DNA of 64,000 nucleotides from Gammaproteobacteria bacterium. Lineage in GTDB: Bacteria > Pseudomonadota > Gammaproteobacteria > Ga0077536. Positions 39,296-48,967 of this stretch are shown one piece after another; positions within the stretch are counted from its first letter, which is position 1; every line of letters begins with the position of its first letter. The DNA lies in assembly GCA_050186725.1 (NCBI GenBank), contig JBFWYG010000018.1:1284-65283 (forward strand), written 5' to 3'. The notes under the pieces are model-generated. The model was given only the letters and a program-made list of their open reading frames with translations, did not search any database and was not told the DNA's origin. The position numbers and the translations under genes were made by a program.

Positions 39296-41206
39296 TCAGC
39301 GTCCCTCCTCGGCAAGCATGAACGGCGTGGCGATGATGAACGCGACCGCCGCCCCGACGCGATCGTTGGCCGCCGCACGCGACTCGGGTGAGCGGCTTGC
39401 CAGCGGGAGCGTGCGCGCAGCGGTGCGTTTCATCCACTGCAGGCCCGCGCCGCTCTTCAGGTCTTTGGGCATCACCCGCGTGCCTGCCGCGCGTGGTCGC
39501 AGCTCCGCGCCGAGATCGCGGCCGGTGGTTAGCAGCGCGTACACATGGCCGCGCTCCAGTAGTCCGAAGTTCTTCAAGCCGTCGGCGACGAAACGCTGCC
39601 ATAGCCATTCGGCGGTGGCGCGCACCTGGTGGCGGGCGGCGGGTGGCATCAGCGCGCGCCAGTCCTTGTAGCGAGTTCGGCCGCTCAGGGACTGTTTGCT
39701 GCCGGCGAACCGAGCGTCGCTGGCACGCGCGTAGTACTTGCGGAACAGGTCGGCGCTGGCGGCCGCCTCAGCACCAGTTTGATGCCCGAACACTTCGTGC
39801 CAGGGTTCGAAGGGTACGAACCCTTCCTCCAAGTGCAGGCGCCAGGACTCGACCACGTCGCGGTAGTGCTCGAGATTGGAGTCTGTGAAACGATTGGCGA
39901 AGATCATGAAGCGATCAAGGCTGCTCAGCTGCCGTGCGCGCTGCGGCGAGTGAAAGTGGGTCGAGATGGCGTAGGCGCGCAGGAAGCGCAACAGATCCTT
40001 GCGCGGCATCGCGCGCCAGGCGCGGCGTAACGCCTGGGCTTCTCCTTGCGAGAGTTGATCGTCGGCCATGCCCTGCACAATCATCAGTGGCAGTGCATCG
40101 CTGCTTTCCGGATGTCGAATCTCGAAGCGCGCCAGATCGCGCAGATCGTCGCGCATGTTCGCGCCACCGATCATTGTGCGGAGGATCGGTACCGGGGCGT
40201 TGATATGGCCGACACTGCCGAACAACGGCACCTCGGCCTGCGAATCGTCTGGCGCTTCGCGCGAAGTGAGTCTCATGCCGGTCAGCAGCTTGGCGGTGTT
40301 CTTGATCGAAACTCGCTCATGATAGGTGCGGTCGCCTGTGCCCAGTACGCCGAATCCGAGCTGGTGCAGTTCGCGCGCGAAGTCCTCGTTGCAGTAACAG
40401 ACGCCGTCGATGTAGCGGTTGTAGCGATGACCGTACTGCTGCGCGATGGCAGCGCTGCTGGCGGCAGTAGCGATCACCTCGTCATAGCTGTCGCCGCGTG
40501 CCAAGGCGGCCAGCACGTCGTCGTAGTAGCGCACAAGCTGATAGTTCGAGACTTCGCTCGTGTGGCTGACCGCCAGATGGTGGTTGGTTTCCCAGAAGCC
40601 GACGCGATGACGAAACGGATTGCCGCCGCGCACCCGCGCGGCGAGCATCCAGGTGAGCATGGGGCCATATCGTGCATCGCGTGTGAACTGGCGGCGCAGC
40701 GCGCTCGGCATGAGGTTGCTCGGGTCGGTCGAGGACCAGTAGTCGCCGAGCGAGCGCAGAGTCTGGGGACGGCTCGCCATCGCTTCGCGGCGCAATGCCG
40801 GGTCGGGCGGTGACAGTCGCAGGTTGTGTTCGTCAAAATTGAGCATCTGCACGATGGCATCCTGTGGTGCCATCGCCGCCCACAGGTCGACCTGGGCGTC
40901 GGTGGCGTGACCGCCGAAGGCGAAGGTGCGCATGACCTTGCGCACTGCCGTGGCGTCCCAGCGCGCAGGGCTGATGGTGGTGAGGCCGGGCAGCGCAGGC
41001 GGTCCGCCGCTGACGGCCGCCGGCGCGTTGACCGCAGCGAACGCGAGCAGCACCGCCATCGCCACGCGGGCGACGAGACGAGGTCGCACGCACGGGCGAG
41101 GCGCGCCGGCAGCCCGTTGTGTGCCACACCGGGCCGCGGCACTGCCGGCGCCGGCGGACCGGAAAGCGGGGGAGAGGGCGATGTCGGCGCGATCGTGGCT
41201 GTTCAT
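39296..41206 (-). CDS. DUF1800-family protein
   Basis: FWETNHHLAVS, NEDFARELHQLG, AKLLTG; directly upstream of DUF1501; start uncertain. Confidence 0.75.
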   Translation of the reverse strand: MNSHDRADIALSPAFRSAGAGSAAARCGTQRAAGAPRPCVRPRLVARVAMAVLLAFAAVNAPAAVSGGPPALPGLTTISPARWDATAVRKVMRTFAFGGHATDAQVDLWAAMAPQDAIVQMLNFDEHNLRLSPPDPALRREAMASRPQTLRSLGDYWSSTDPSNLMPSALRRQFTRDARYGPMLTWMLAARVRGGNPFRHRVGFWETNHHLAVSHTSEVSNYQLVRYYDDVLAALARGDSYDEVIATAASSAAIAQQYGHRYNRYIDGVCYCNEDFARELHQLGFGVLGTGDRTYHERVSIKNTAKLLTGMRLTSREAPDDSQAEVPLFGSVGHINAPVPILRTMIGGANMRDDLRDLARFEIRHPESSDALPLMIVQGMADDQLSQGEAQALRRAWRAMPRKDLLRFLRAYAISTHFHSPQRARQLSSLDRFMIFANRFTDSNLEHYRDVVESWRLHLEEGFVPFEPWHEVFGHQTGAEAAASADLFRKYYARASDARFAGSKQSLSGRTRYKDWRALMPPAARHQVRATAEWLWQRFVADGLKNFGLLERGHVYALLTTGRDLGAELRPRAAGTRVMPKDLKSGAGLQWMKRTAARTLPLASRSPESRAAANDRVGAAVAFIIATPFMLAEEGR

Positions 41207-42088
41207 GGCATTCCTGTCACTGGCAATGGAGCAGGCCGCGGCGGCGCGCCTCGTACTGAACGAGACCCCCGCACCGCTCGCGTCCTGGACCGGCCGGGCG
41301 CTCGACGGCGCGCCACACCGTGACTGTCCGGGCGAACTCGATAGCGGCACGCGACACCGTGCCTTGAGCGCGCCGCTCAGCGCGGACGGCGGCAACTAGA
41401 CCCTCGGCGCGGTGCAGGACGGTCCGACCCGGGGGGCGTTGCCGGGCGACGTGGAACAGTGGCCGCAGGCGGCCGAAGCCGACAGCCGAGCGAAGGTGAC
41501 GCCCCAGCGACGTCCGACGCTCCATCTAGAGATCGGGTGGGTCGGGCTGTGCGGCCGATTCGCGCGGCCGAGCTTGCGGGAAAGTCTGGCCCCGCCAACC
41601 CATACTGGCGTCGTCCTTGTCAGACCTGGCCGATGCCGCGGGGCCACGACTCGCCACAGCCACAGATGATTGCAGGAGGGAATCTGGCTCTGCGCCGCGC
41701 GCCCCGCGCTGCGAGAGCTTTCAGGCGCGGCAAGAGGCCAACCCGGAGGCTTGTCCGTTGAATGGGGCGGCGAGTGTGGAAGGTTGTTTGCGATTGCCGG
41801 CGTAGATGTGTCTAGCCGTGAGCACCGGTCATGCTGAGAGACCCTGAATCAAGTGTCAGAATGCCAGAACCATCACCTGACCCATACCTGCGCCGACACC
41901 AGCCCCGACGCGAGGTCCAGTGGCATGGTCGGCAACGCTTCCTGGCTTGGTACGGACCATCGTTACGGCGTGCAAGCGACGCATGCGTGCCGGCTACTTG
42001 CGCGAGTCAGGATTCAAGTGATGTACTTCCGCGCCGCGGGTAGAAAGAGCGACACGCTCATGGCTTTTCATACGAGAGATTGGCGCCT

Positions 42089-43246
42089 GTGCGTACGCTG
42101 ACCATCCTTGCTTTCGTGCTGCTGGCGATAGCAATCCCACTTGCCTCCCTCAAGTACTTAAGTTTACCGTTCGTCTGGTGCCTCTTATCGTGGGCGGGAG
42201 CTTGTATCCTTCTGGCGGTCCGCTTCTCCGGTGCGCGGACGCGAGCAGTGTTCGTCAATTTGGCCGCGGCAGTGTTTGCGCTCATGTTTGCCGAAGCGTA
42301 CTTCGTCTACCTCCAAAAGCAGTCCTCGGATCCGGTCCAGCTAGACCAGGTTCACATCACGAGCCCGCATCCGATCCTCGGCTATGTCGCCCCGTCGAAT
42401 ACCCAGCGAACAGCCCGGAAGGTCAACAGAAAGACCGGCAAGATCATCTATGAGCACGCGGTCACGATTGGGGAAAACGGCCTTCGCGCCACTTTGCCAT
42501 TCAATAGCCTGTCGAAGGAAGCCATCCTTTTCTTCGGCGACTCGTTTGCCTACGGAGAAGGCGTGGGCGACGACGACACGCTGCCCGCTCAGGTTGCGAA
42601 GCTGACCAAAGGAAGCTATCGAGTCTACAATTTCGGTCTGCATGGGTATGGCCCGCAACACATGCTGGCCGCGATTGAAAACGATCTGGTTAACCCGATC
42701 ATTCAGCCAACAGTTCGATTCGTGTTCTATGTGACAATCAAGGATCACGTGCGCCGCCTTGCGGGGAACGCTTCGTATCTCAGGTATGGTCCGCGCTATA
42801 TTTTGTCCGACGAGGGAGAAGCGGTTAGTGCGGGATGGTTCAACCGTCCCGGGTCCTTCTGGGGCGCGCTGGGCGCGGGAATAAAGACGCAACTCATGAA
42901 GTCTGTCCTCCTGATGCGTGTGTGGTTCAGTCGGGTGGATGAGTCAGACCTGCGCCTGTACATAGCGGCGGTGAAGAAGGCATCGAAACTCATCGGCGAG
43001 GCCTATCCGAGCGCCGAGTTTCGTGTGTTGTTCTGGGATATCGGAAAGGACAAGGACGAGGTCAGTATTGTCGACCGATTGAGACAGGAAGGTATTGCGG
43101 TGTATGCAATTACTCCAGCGGAGTTTCCAGGTTTCCTGGTTGACCCTGACAAGTATCAGATTGCTGGCGACGGACATCCCACCGCGTACATGTATCATCT
43201 CGTGGCACAAGAGGTAGTGCGGCAGTTCATCGAAGCTCGAAAATAG
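42089..43246 (+). CDS. Membrane-anchored SGNH/GDSL hydrolase-family protein
   Basis: N-terminal TMs, GLR, FGDSFAYGEGV, NFG..GYGP, DGHP. Confidence 0.85.
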   Translation: MRTLTILAFVLLAIAIPLASLKYLSLPFVWCLLSWAGACILLAVRFSGARTRAVFVNLAAAVFALMFAEAYFVYLQKQSSDPVQLDQVHITSPHPILGYVAPSNTQRTARKVNRKTGKIIYEHAVTIGENGLRATLPFNSLSKEAILFFGDSFAYGEGVGDDDTLPAQVAKLTKGSYRVYNFGLHGYGPQHMLAAIENDLVNPIIQPTVRFVFYVTIKDHVRRLAGNASYLRYGPRYILSDEGEAVSAGWFNRPGSFWGALGAGIKTQLMKSVLLMRVWFSRVDESDLRLYIAAVKKASKLIGEAYPSAEFRVLFWDIGKDKDEVSIVDRLRQEGIAVYAITPAEFPGFLVDPDKYQIAGDGHPTAYMYHLVAQEVVRQFIEARK

Positions 43247-43753
43247 GCCGATAGCTGAATACGAACTCCGTCTACTTGTCGCGTTCATGAGCCGCGGCAA
43301 GGAATCATCTACCTGGTCAATACGGGCTCTGAAAATGCGTCCGCGGCGGCCAAGCACCAGTGCGGCGAGTCCGGAAACGCCCGACGGCACATTCCCCAGT
43401 CTCCGGCACCAGCACTGCTCGGACCCTGTCTCCTGGGGCTTCGCTGGTGCAGCCGAGCTGGTTGCGCTCGGCGGCCACGATGATGTCGTTCGCCGATCGC
43501 GCCACCATCCAGTACTAGCACCCCTCGGCGGCCACACGGTGGCCCTCACCGGATCGGTCCCGACGTCTTCTGCGAGGGCGACAGGCCCGCGTAGTGCGCC
43601 TTATGGCGCCGCACCTGATTGGCTTCACGACCGGGGGCGGTACGCTTGTGTTCTCCGGCCTGGGGGCGCCGCCCAGGGTGCGCCTGTTCGTCGATTGGTC
43701 TCAATGCGATAGGCGCGTCATCCCTCGGTGCAAATCGAGCTTATACTTGCGAC

Positions 43754-44167
43754 ATGTCAGATCTCATCTCCGCTGCCCCTCCCCAACTGCCCACCAACCG
43801 TAAATTTGGGGGGACTGGCGCGGCTGTGTTTGCCGCGCTTGCCGCCTATGCCTATTGGAATGATCGTGGCCTGATGGTCATTGCGGCCTCGATCGCCGCC
43901 ATTCTGTTCGCAGGTGTCACGCTCTTAGCGCCTCAAGCACTCACACGTTTGAATCGTCATTGGTATGGCTTGGGGATACTGCTTGGCAAGATCACCGGCC
44001 CTGTCGTCTTAGGGCTGATTTTCTTCGTGCTGATCACGCCGGTTGCACTCGCGCTGCGGCTGTTTGGTCGTGATGATCTGAAAATCAAGAAGCGGTCTGT
44101 TGAAAGCTATTGGATTGACCGCTCACCGCCCGGCCCTCCATCTGATTCATTCAAGAACCAATACTAG
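43754..44167 (+). CDS. SxtJ-family membrane protein
   Basis: NRKFG, P..L..LN..W...G..LG.I..P..LG.IFF..ITP, GRD.L, SYWIDR, FKNQY. Confidence 0.9.
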   Translation: MSDLISAAPPQLPTNRKFGGTGAAVFAALAAYAYWNDRGLMVIAASIAAILFAGVTLLAPQALTRLNRHWYGLGILLGKITGPVVLGLIFFVLITPVALALRLFGRDDLKIKKRSVESYWIDRSPPGPPSDSFKNQY

Positions 44168-44176
44168 GATCTGTTT

Positions 44177-44326
44177 ATGGGCTTTCTTAGAGAGCTGTGG
44201 GCATTTCTTCGCGTACGCAAGAAACTCTGGCTCGCGCCGATCATCATCGTGATGGTTGTGCTCGGCGGCCTACTGGTGCTTGCTCAAGGTTCTGTCATCG
44301 CGCCGTTTATCTACACACTGTTCTAG
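44177..44326 (+). CDS. DUF5989/SxtK-like small membrane protein (49 aa; absent from the ORF track)
   Basis: MGFLRELWAFLRVRKKLWLAPIIIVMVVLGGLLVLAQGSVIAPFIYTLF. Confidence 0.9.
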   Translation: MGFLRELWAFLRVRKKLWLAPIIIVMVVLGGLLVLAQGSVIAPFIYTLF

Positions 44327-44332
44327 AGACAA

Positions 44333-46171
44333 ATGAAGATACTCGGCATCTCGGCGTACTACCATGACGCGGCGGCGTGCCTTGTCATTGACGGTGAAAT
44401 CGTGGCCGCTGCACAAGAGGAGCGGTTCACACGACAGAAGCATGACGCGAATTTCCCTGTCAATGCCATTACGTATTGCCTTGGCCAACCGGGCATCGCC
44501 CCTGACGACATCGACCATGTCGTTTTTTATGACAAGCCGTTCTTGAAGTTTGAGAGATTGGTCGAGACCTACCTTGCGTACGCGCCGAAGGGATTCAAGA
44601 GCTTTGCCACTTCGCTACCGATTTGGCTCAAGGATAAATTGTTTCAGAAGACGGTCATCACTGATGCGCTGAAGCAGCTGTGGGGTAAGGATGGCAAGTG
44701 GGAAGAAAAGCTTCTCTTCTCCGAGCATCACTTGAGCCATGCGGCAAGCGCCTTCTTCCCAAGTCCCTTCGACCGTGCGGCGATTTTGACGATGGATGGC
44801 GTGGGCGAGTGGACCACAACATCGCTTGCCGTGGGCAAAGGGAATGAACTTGCCGTCCACAAGGAGATTCACTTTCCCCATTCCGTAGGCCTGCTGTACT
44901 CGGCCATGACTTACTACACGGGGTTCAAGGTCAACAGCGGCGAGTACAAGGTCATGGGGCTCGCTCCCTATGGTGATCCTAAGTACGCGAAGACGATCAA
45001 GGACCACCTCATCGATCTTAAAGATGACGGCTCATTCGCTCTCGACATGCAGTACTTCGATTACTGCACTGGTCTGACCATGACCAATGAGAAATTTGAT
45101 GCTCTGTTTGGTGGTCCGCCGCGAAAGCAGGAGTCCACTCTGACGCAGCGCGAGATGGACCTGGCGGCGTCGGTACAGGTCGTCGTAGAGGAGATCGTAC
45201 TGAAGCTTGCGAAAGGTGTAGCGAAGACCACGGGTGAGAAGAACCTGTGTCTCGCCGGCGGCGTGGCGCTTAACTGTGTCGCCAACGGCAAGCTCCTGAG
45301 AGAGGGGATTTTCGATCGAATGTGGATACAACCCGCCGCGGGTGATGCGGGGGGCGCCCTGGGCGCAGCGCTCGGTGCCTATCACATCATGCTCAATCGG
45401 CCGCGCAAACTGACCAGCGGCATCGATGCGATGAAAGGCGCATATCTTGGGCCGGAGTTCAGCCAGCAGGAAATCGTGGAGCGACTCACGCGCTGTGGTG
45501 CGGTCTTCGAGATCCTCACAGAAGACGAAGTGATAGAACAGACAGCGCAGGCATTGGCCAACGGCAAGGCGGCGGGGTGGATGAGTGGACGTATGGAGTT
45601 CGGCCCTCGTGCCCTGGGTGGTCGCAGCATCATCGCTGATCCACGCTCTCCCACTATGCAAAAACTGCTTAATCTCAAGGTCAAGTACAGAGAGTCATTC
45701 AGACCCTTTGCGCCAAGTGTACTAAGGGAGGATGTACGTCACTGGTTTGAGATGGATGATGACAGCCCCTACATGCTGCTCGTGGCTGATGTCGTGAAAG
45801 AAAGAAGAAGAAATATGACGGTAGAGGAACAAGCCCTGTTCGGGATCGACAAGCTGAATGTGCCACGCTCGGAGATCCCGGCAGTTACGCATGTGGACTA
45901 CTCTGCTCGAGTGCAGACTGTCCACAAGGAAACCAATCCACGCTACTACGCGTTGATCGAACGATTCAAAGCCATTACTGGCTGTCCGGTGATCGTCAAT
46001 ACATCGTTCAATGTTCGAGGCGAACCCATCGTTTGCACGCCCGAAGATGCATTCAGATGTTTCATGGGCACGGAGCTAGATGTATTGGTTGTGGGTAACG
46101 CTCTTTTATCAAAAGTCGCTCAAACGCAAGCACTGGCGGCGGACTACAAGCTGGAATATGCGCTCGACTGA
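44333..46171 (+). CDS. O-carbamoyltransferase (NodU/CmcH/SxtI family)
   Basis: ILGISAYYHD, EERF.R.KH, EHHLSHAASAF, EYKVMGLAPYG, GGVALNC, EFGPRALG.RSI, RESFRPFAP, NTSFN. Confidence 0.96.
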   Translation: MKILGISAYYHDAAACLVIDGEIVAAAQEERFTRQKHDANFPVNAITYCLGQPGIAPDDIDHVVFYDKPFLKFERLVETYLAYAPKGFKSFATSLPIWLKDKLFQKTVITDALKQLWGKDGKWEEKLLFSEHHLSHAASAFFPSPFDRAAILTMDGVGEWTTTSLAVGKGNELAVHKEIHFPHSVGLLYSAMTYYTGFKVNSGEYKVMGLAPYGDPKYAKTIKDHLIDLKDDGSFALDMQYFDYCTGLTMTNEKFDALFGGPPRKQESTLTQREMDLAASVQVVVEEIVLKLAKGVAKTTGEKNLCLAGGVALNCVANGKLLREGIFDRMWIQPAAGDAGGALGAALGAYHIMLNRPRKLTSGIDAMKGAYLGPEFSQQEIVERLTRCGAVFEILTEDEVIEQTAQALANGKAAGWMSGRMEFGPRALGGRSIIADPRSPTMQKLLNLKVKYRESFRPFAPSVLREDVRHWFEMDDDSPYMLLVADVVKERRRNMTVEEQALFGIDKLNVPRSEIPAVTHVDYSARVQTVHKETNPRYYALIERFKAITGCPVIVNTSFNVRGEPIVCTPEDAFRCFMGTELDVLVVGNALLSKVAQTQALAADYKLEYALD

Positions 46172-46650
46172 GTCGTGGTGGGATCGCCGGAGGCGGTTTT
46201 GTCTGGGTCAGGCCGCACGGCTGACTGGATGATTGGATTCTGGCGGGTTTTGAAGTTGCCTTTTGAAGTGCAACACCGTGAGGACCGGTTGAAGAAGACT
46301 TCGGCGAGCGTTCTGAACTCGAACCGCTCTCGCGGTTATTCTGCGACTTTCAGGCACTTGATCGAGCGCCAATCTCATATTGATATTGATTGGGGCCCGC
46401 GAATTAGATGTGCGGTCCCCTATCGCGCCAACGAGTCCTCCCGAGCGTGATACGGAACGATTCAGCGCAGCAAGGCCGCGCAGTCGCAGTCCGAGCTACC
46501 CGCTGCGGCCTTGTGTGTCGGTGTGAGCGACGGCCATAGCTTGGTGAGAAATGCCCTCAGGCGAGCATTGAGCTGCAATCGGCGGTGCACACCGGTCCCC
46601 GGTAGCCGGAAATCAGGGGCTTGCCGCCTGGCCGGTGCGCGAGGTGGTGA

Positions 46651-47028
46651 TTACTGGTCGCCTCGATCCGCGGCCTTGGCTGCACATTCCTCTGCCAGGA
46701 AGCTGGCCATGGACTCGATGGTTGGATAATCCCAGACCAGAGTGGGGGAAAGTTCGAGCCCCAGCAGTTCCTCAAGTTCACCAGAGAGCCGCACCGCGGT
46801 CCGCGAGTCGAACCCGTAGTCGGCGAACGGTAAGGTGCGATCTATCTCCTGCGCGTCGATCGCGAGCGTCTCTGCGACGCGTTGCACGATCCAGTCTTCG
46901 ATCTCCTTCTCACTGCGTTGCACGCGTGGCGCGCGTTCCTTGCGCCGACCCGTGAGGAGTCGCTGCGCCGTGTCCAGGAGCGCCGACAATTTCGATGCTT
47001 CTCGTTCTGCCATATGTAGCTGCTTCAA
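46651..47028 (-). CDS. Acyl carrier protein with an N-terminal extension
   Basis: PF..YGFDS (Ppant Ser), LSGELEE.LG, PTLVWDYPTI. Confidence 0.9.
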   Translation of the reverse strand: MKQLHMAEREASKLSALLDTAQRLLTGRRKERAPRVQRSEKEIEDWIVQRVAETLAIDAQEIDRTLPFADYGFDSRTAVRLSGELEELLGLELSPTLVWDYPTIESMASFLAEECAAKAADRGDQ

Positions 47029-47047
47029 GTACCCGGCGGCCGCCAGA

Positions 47048-47980
47048 TCAACGGGCCCGAGCGTTTTGGATGTCTTGTGCCGATGGAGCGCGTAGCTCCC
47101 AGGCCAAGCCGGTGTATTTCATCAAACAAATAACCCAGGCGCTCAAATCGGGTTGCCACCAATGCATCGCATGCCGGTACGATGCGGGAAACGCGTGATG
47201 GTTGTTCTGCAGCCCTTCGCCGAAAGCCAGAACCGCAACGGTGTAGTTGTTTGCGCTCTTGTCCTTGGTGTCGAACGGCCTGGTTCCGAACCGGTGACAG
47301 ATGGAGCCCACGCACCAACTGGCGTGATTGACCAAGAAGATGCGGACCAGGCCGCCCCACAGGAATGCCAGGAACGCGCCTTCCCAGGTACCAGTGAGCA
47401 GCCCGCCGGCAAGCGCCGGTAGCAAGAGCCCCAGAAATACCCATAGCAGGTAGGACTGGTGGATCCGAAAGAGCATGCGATCTCGGAGTACGTCTTTTGC
47501 GTAGTGCCCTACGTCTGCGAGGTTTCCGTCGAACATCCAGCCGATGTGTGCAAACCACAAACCACGCGCGGTGCCTTTCAGCCCGTCGCCATGCAGGTTC
47601 GGCGAGTGTGGATCGCCTTCGCGGTCGCTATGTGCGTGATGACGACGATGGGTGGACACCCAGAACAATACTGGACCCTGTGCGGCCATCGAGCCGGCAA
47701 CCGCGAGCAGCGCCTGCATCGCCCGTCCTGTCTTGAAGGAGCGGTGCGCGAAAAGTCTGTGCAGACCCACCGTCACTCCCAGCATGCACAGGAGATACAT
47801 AGCGATGAGGCTCGTTATCTCGACGGCGGATATCCCGTTACGGAACCACAACACGCCAGCGAGGATCGAACCCAGAAACGGGAACACGACGGTAGACAGC
47901 GCGATGGCTTGCTGTATTCGTAAAACCTGCGGTCGCGTCAGGGTGACGACGGCGCCAGCGGTAGGTGCATCGACGTTCAT
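47048..47980 (-). CDS. Membrane fatty-acyl desaturase/acetylenase (JamB-like), third box QNNHH
   Basis: His boxes HRLFAH, HRRHH and QNNHH; GDPHSP, HIGW. Confidence 0.9.
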   Translation of the reverse strand: MNVDAPTAGAVVTLTRPQVLRIQQAIALSTVVFPFLGSILAGVLWFRNGISAVEITSLIAMYLLCMLGVTVGLHRLFAHRSFKTGRAMQALLAVAGSMAAQGPVLFWVSTHRRHHAHSDREGDPHSPNLHGDGLKGTARGLWFAHIGWMFDGNLADVGHYAKDVLRDRMLFRIHQSYLLWVFLGLLLPALAGGLLTGTWEGAFLAFLWGGLVRIFLVNHASWCVGSICHRFGTRPFDTKDKSANNYTVAVLAFGEGLQNNHHAFPASYRHAMHWWQPDLSAWVICLMKYTGLAWELRAPSAQDIQNARAR

Positions 47981-48951
47981 GAGGATTCGCCTTGACTGTC
48001 CGAGGCATCCGACGCTGCGCGAGTCGCGATCTTCCGGTCACTTGCAACGCGTAGATCCCAGGCAAGGCCCGAAAGCTGCAGCAGGCGGACGAACCAGCCG
48101 CATGGATCGAACTGCCACCAGTAGAAGTCGTTCCGGGCGACTGCCGGGAATGCGTGATGGTTGTTGTGCCAGCATCCACCCAGGGAACTCAGCAGCAACA
48201 AGGGGTTGTTGGTGCTGTTGTTTCCGGTGTCGAACGGTCGGCTTCCGAAACGATGACAGATGGAATTCACGCTCCAGGTTGCATGTTGTACCAGGAACAC
48301 GCGTACCAGACCGCCCCACAGGAACCCGCTCAGAGCGCCTTCCCAACTTTGTGCGAGCACACCCCCGATTGCGGCCGGCAGTAGCAGTCCTAATGCGACC
48401 CACAGGGGATAGTAGCGATGCAGGCGGAAGATGAGCCTGTCGCTCAGCAGGTCGGATACCTTACCGCCAAAGTCCTGGGGTAAAGGCTTGAACATCCAGC
48501 CAATGTGAGCGTGCCAGAGCCCTTGCATGGCGGCGAGCGCGCCGGGCGACGCGGCGCGCGGAGAATGGGGATCCCCCTCCTGGTCGGTATGGCCATGGTG
48601 CTCACGGTGTACGGCGGCCCAAAACAAGACTGGCCCCTGCGCGGAAGCAGAACCGAGGATGGCGAGTAGTGCACGCACCGCAGGGTGCGCTTTGAAGGCC
48701 CGATGGGAGAAATGGCGGTGATAGCCGACCTCCACGCCGATAACGTTCGCCACGTAGAGCACCAGCAGCAATACGAGATCGACGGTAGTCACGCCGCTTC
48801 TGTAGGCGAGGTAGCCGGCGCCCGCCACGCCGAGCATGGGGACGAACACGATCAGCCGCGCCAGGTTCCTCTGCCAGCGTAAGATCTGGAGGGCGGGCTG
48901 CCTCGCCGAGGTGGCTCCGATGGCTACTGCTGCCTCTGAACGCTGCGTCAT
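47977..48951 (-). CDS. Membrane fatty-acyl desaturase/acetylenase (JamB-like)
   Basis: His boxes HRHFSH, HREHH and HNNHH; GDPHSP, WSVNSICH. Confidence 0.9.
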   Translation of the reverse strand: MTQRSEAAVAIGATSARQPALQILRWQRNLARLIVFVPMLGVAGAGYLAYRSGVTTVDLVLLLVLYVANVIGVEVGYHRHFSHRAFKAHPAVRALLAILGSASAQGPVLFWAAVHREHHGHTDQEGDPHSPRAASPGALAAMQGLWHAHIGWMFKPLPQDFGGKVSDLLSDRLIFRLHRYYPLWVALGLLLPAAIGGVLAQSWEGALSGFLWGGLVRVFLVQHATWSVNSICHRFGSRPFDTGNNSTNNPLLLLSSLGGCWHNNHHAFPAVARNDFYWWQFDPCGWFVRLLQLSGLAWDLRVASDRKIATRAASDASDSQGESS

Positions 48952-48967
48952 TGAAGTCAATCCCGAC

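Noticed and set aside
43250-43740. Methyltransferase remnant (LVLDGGA) on the minus strand
   Set aside because: A single short motif is not enough support.
43754-46171. Saxitoxin biosynthesis cluster (sxtI/J/K homologues)
   Set aside because: No sxtA, sxtG or other core genes are present, and the trio is common in glycan loci.
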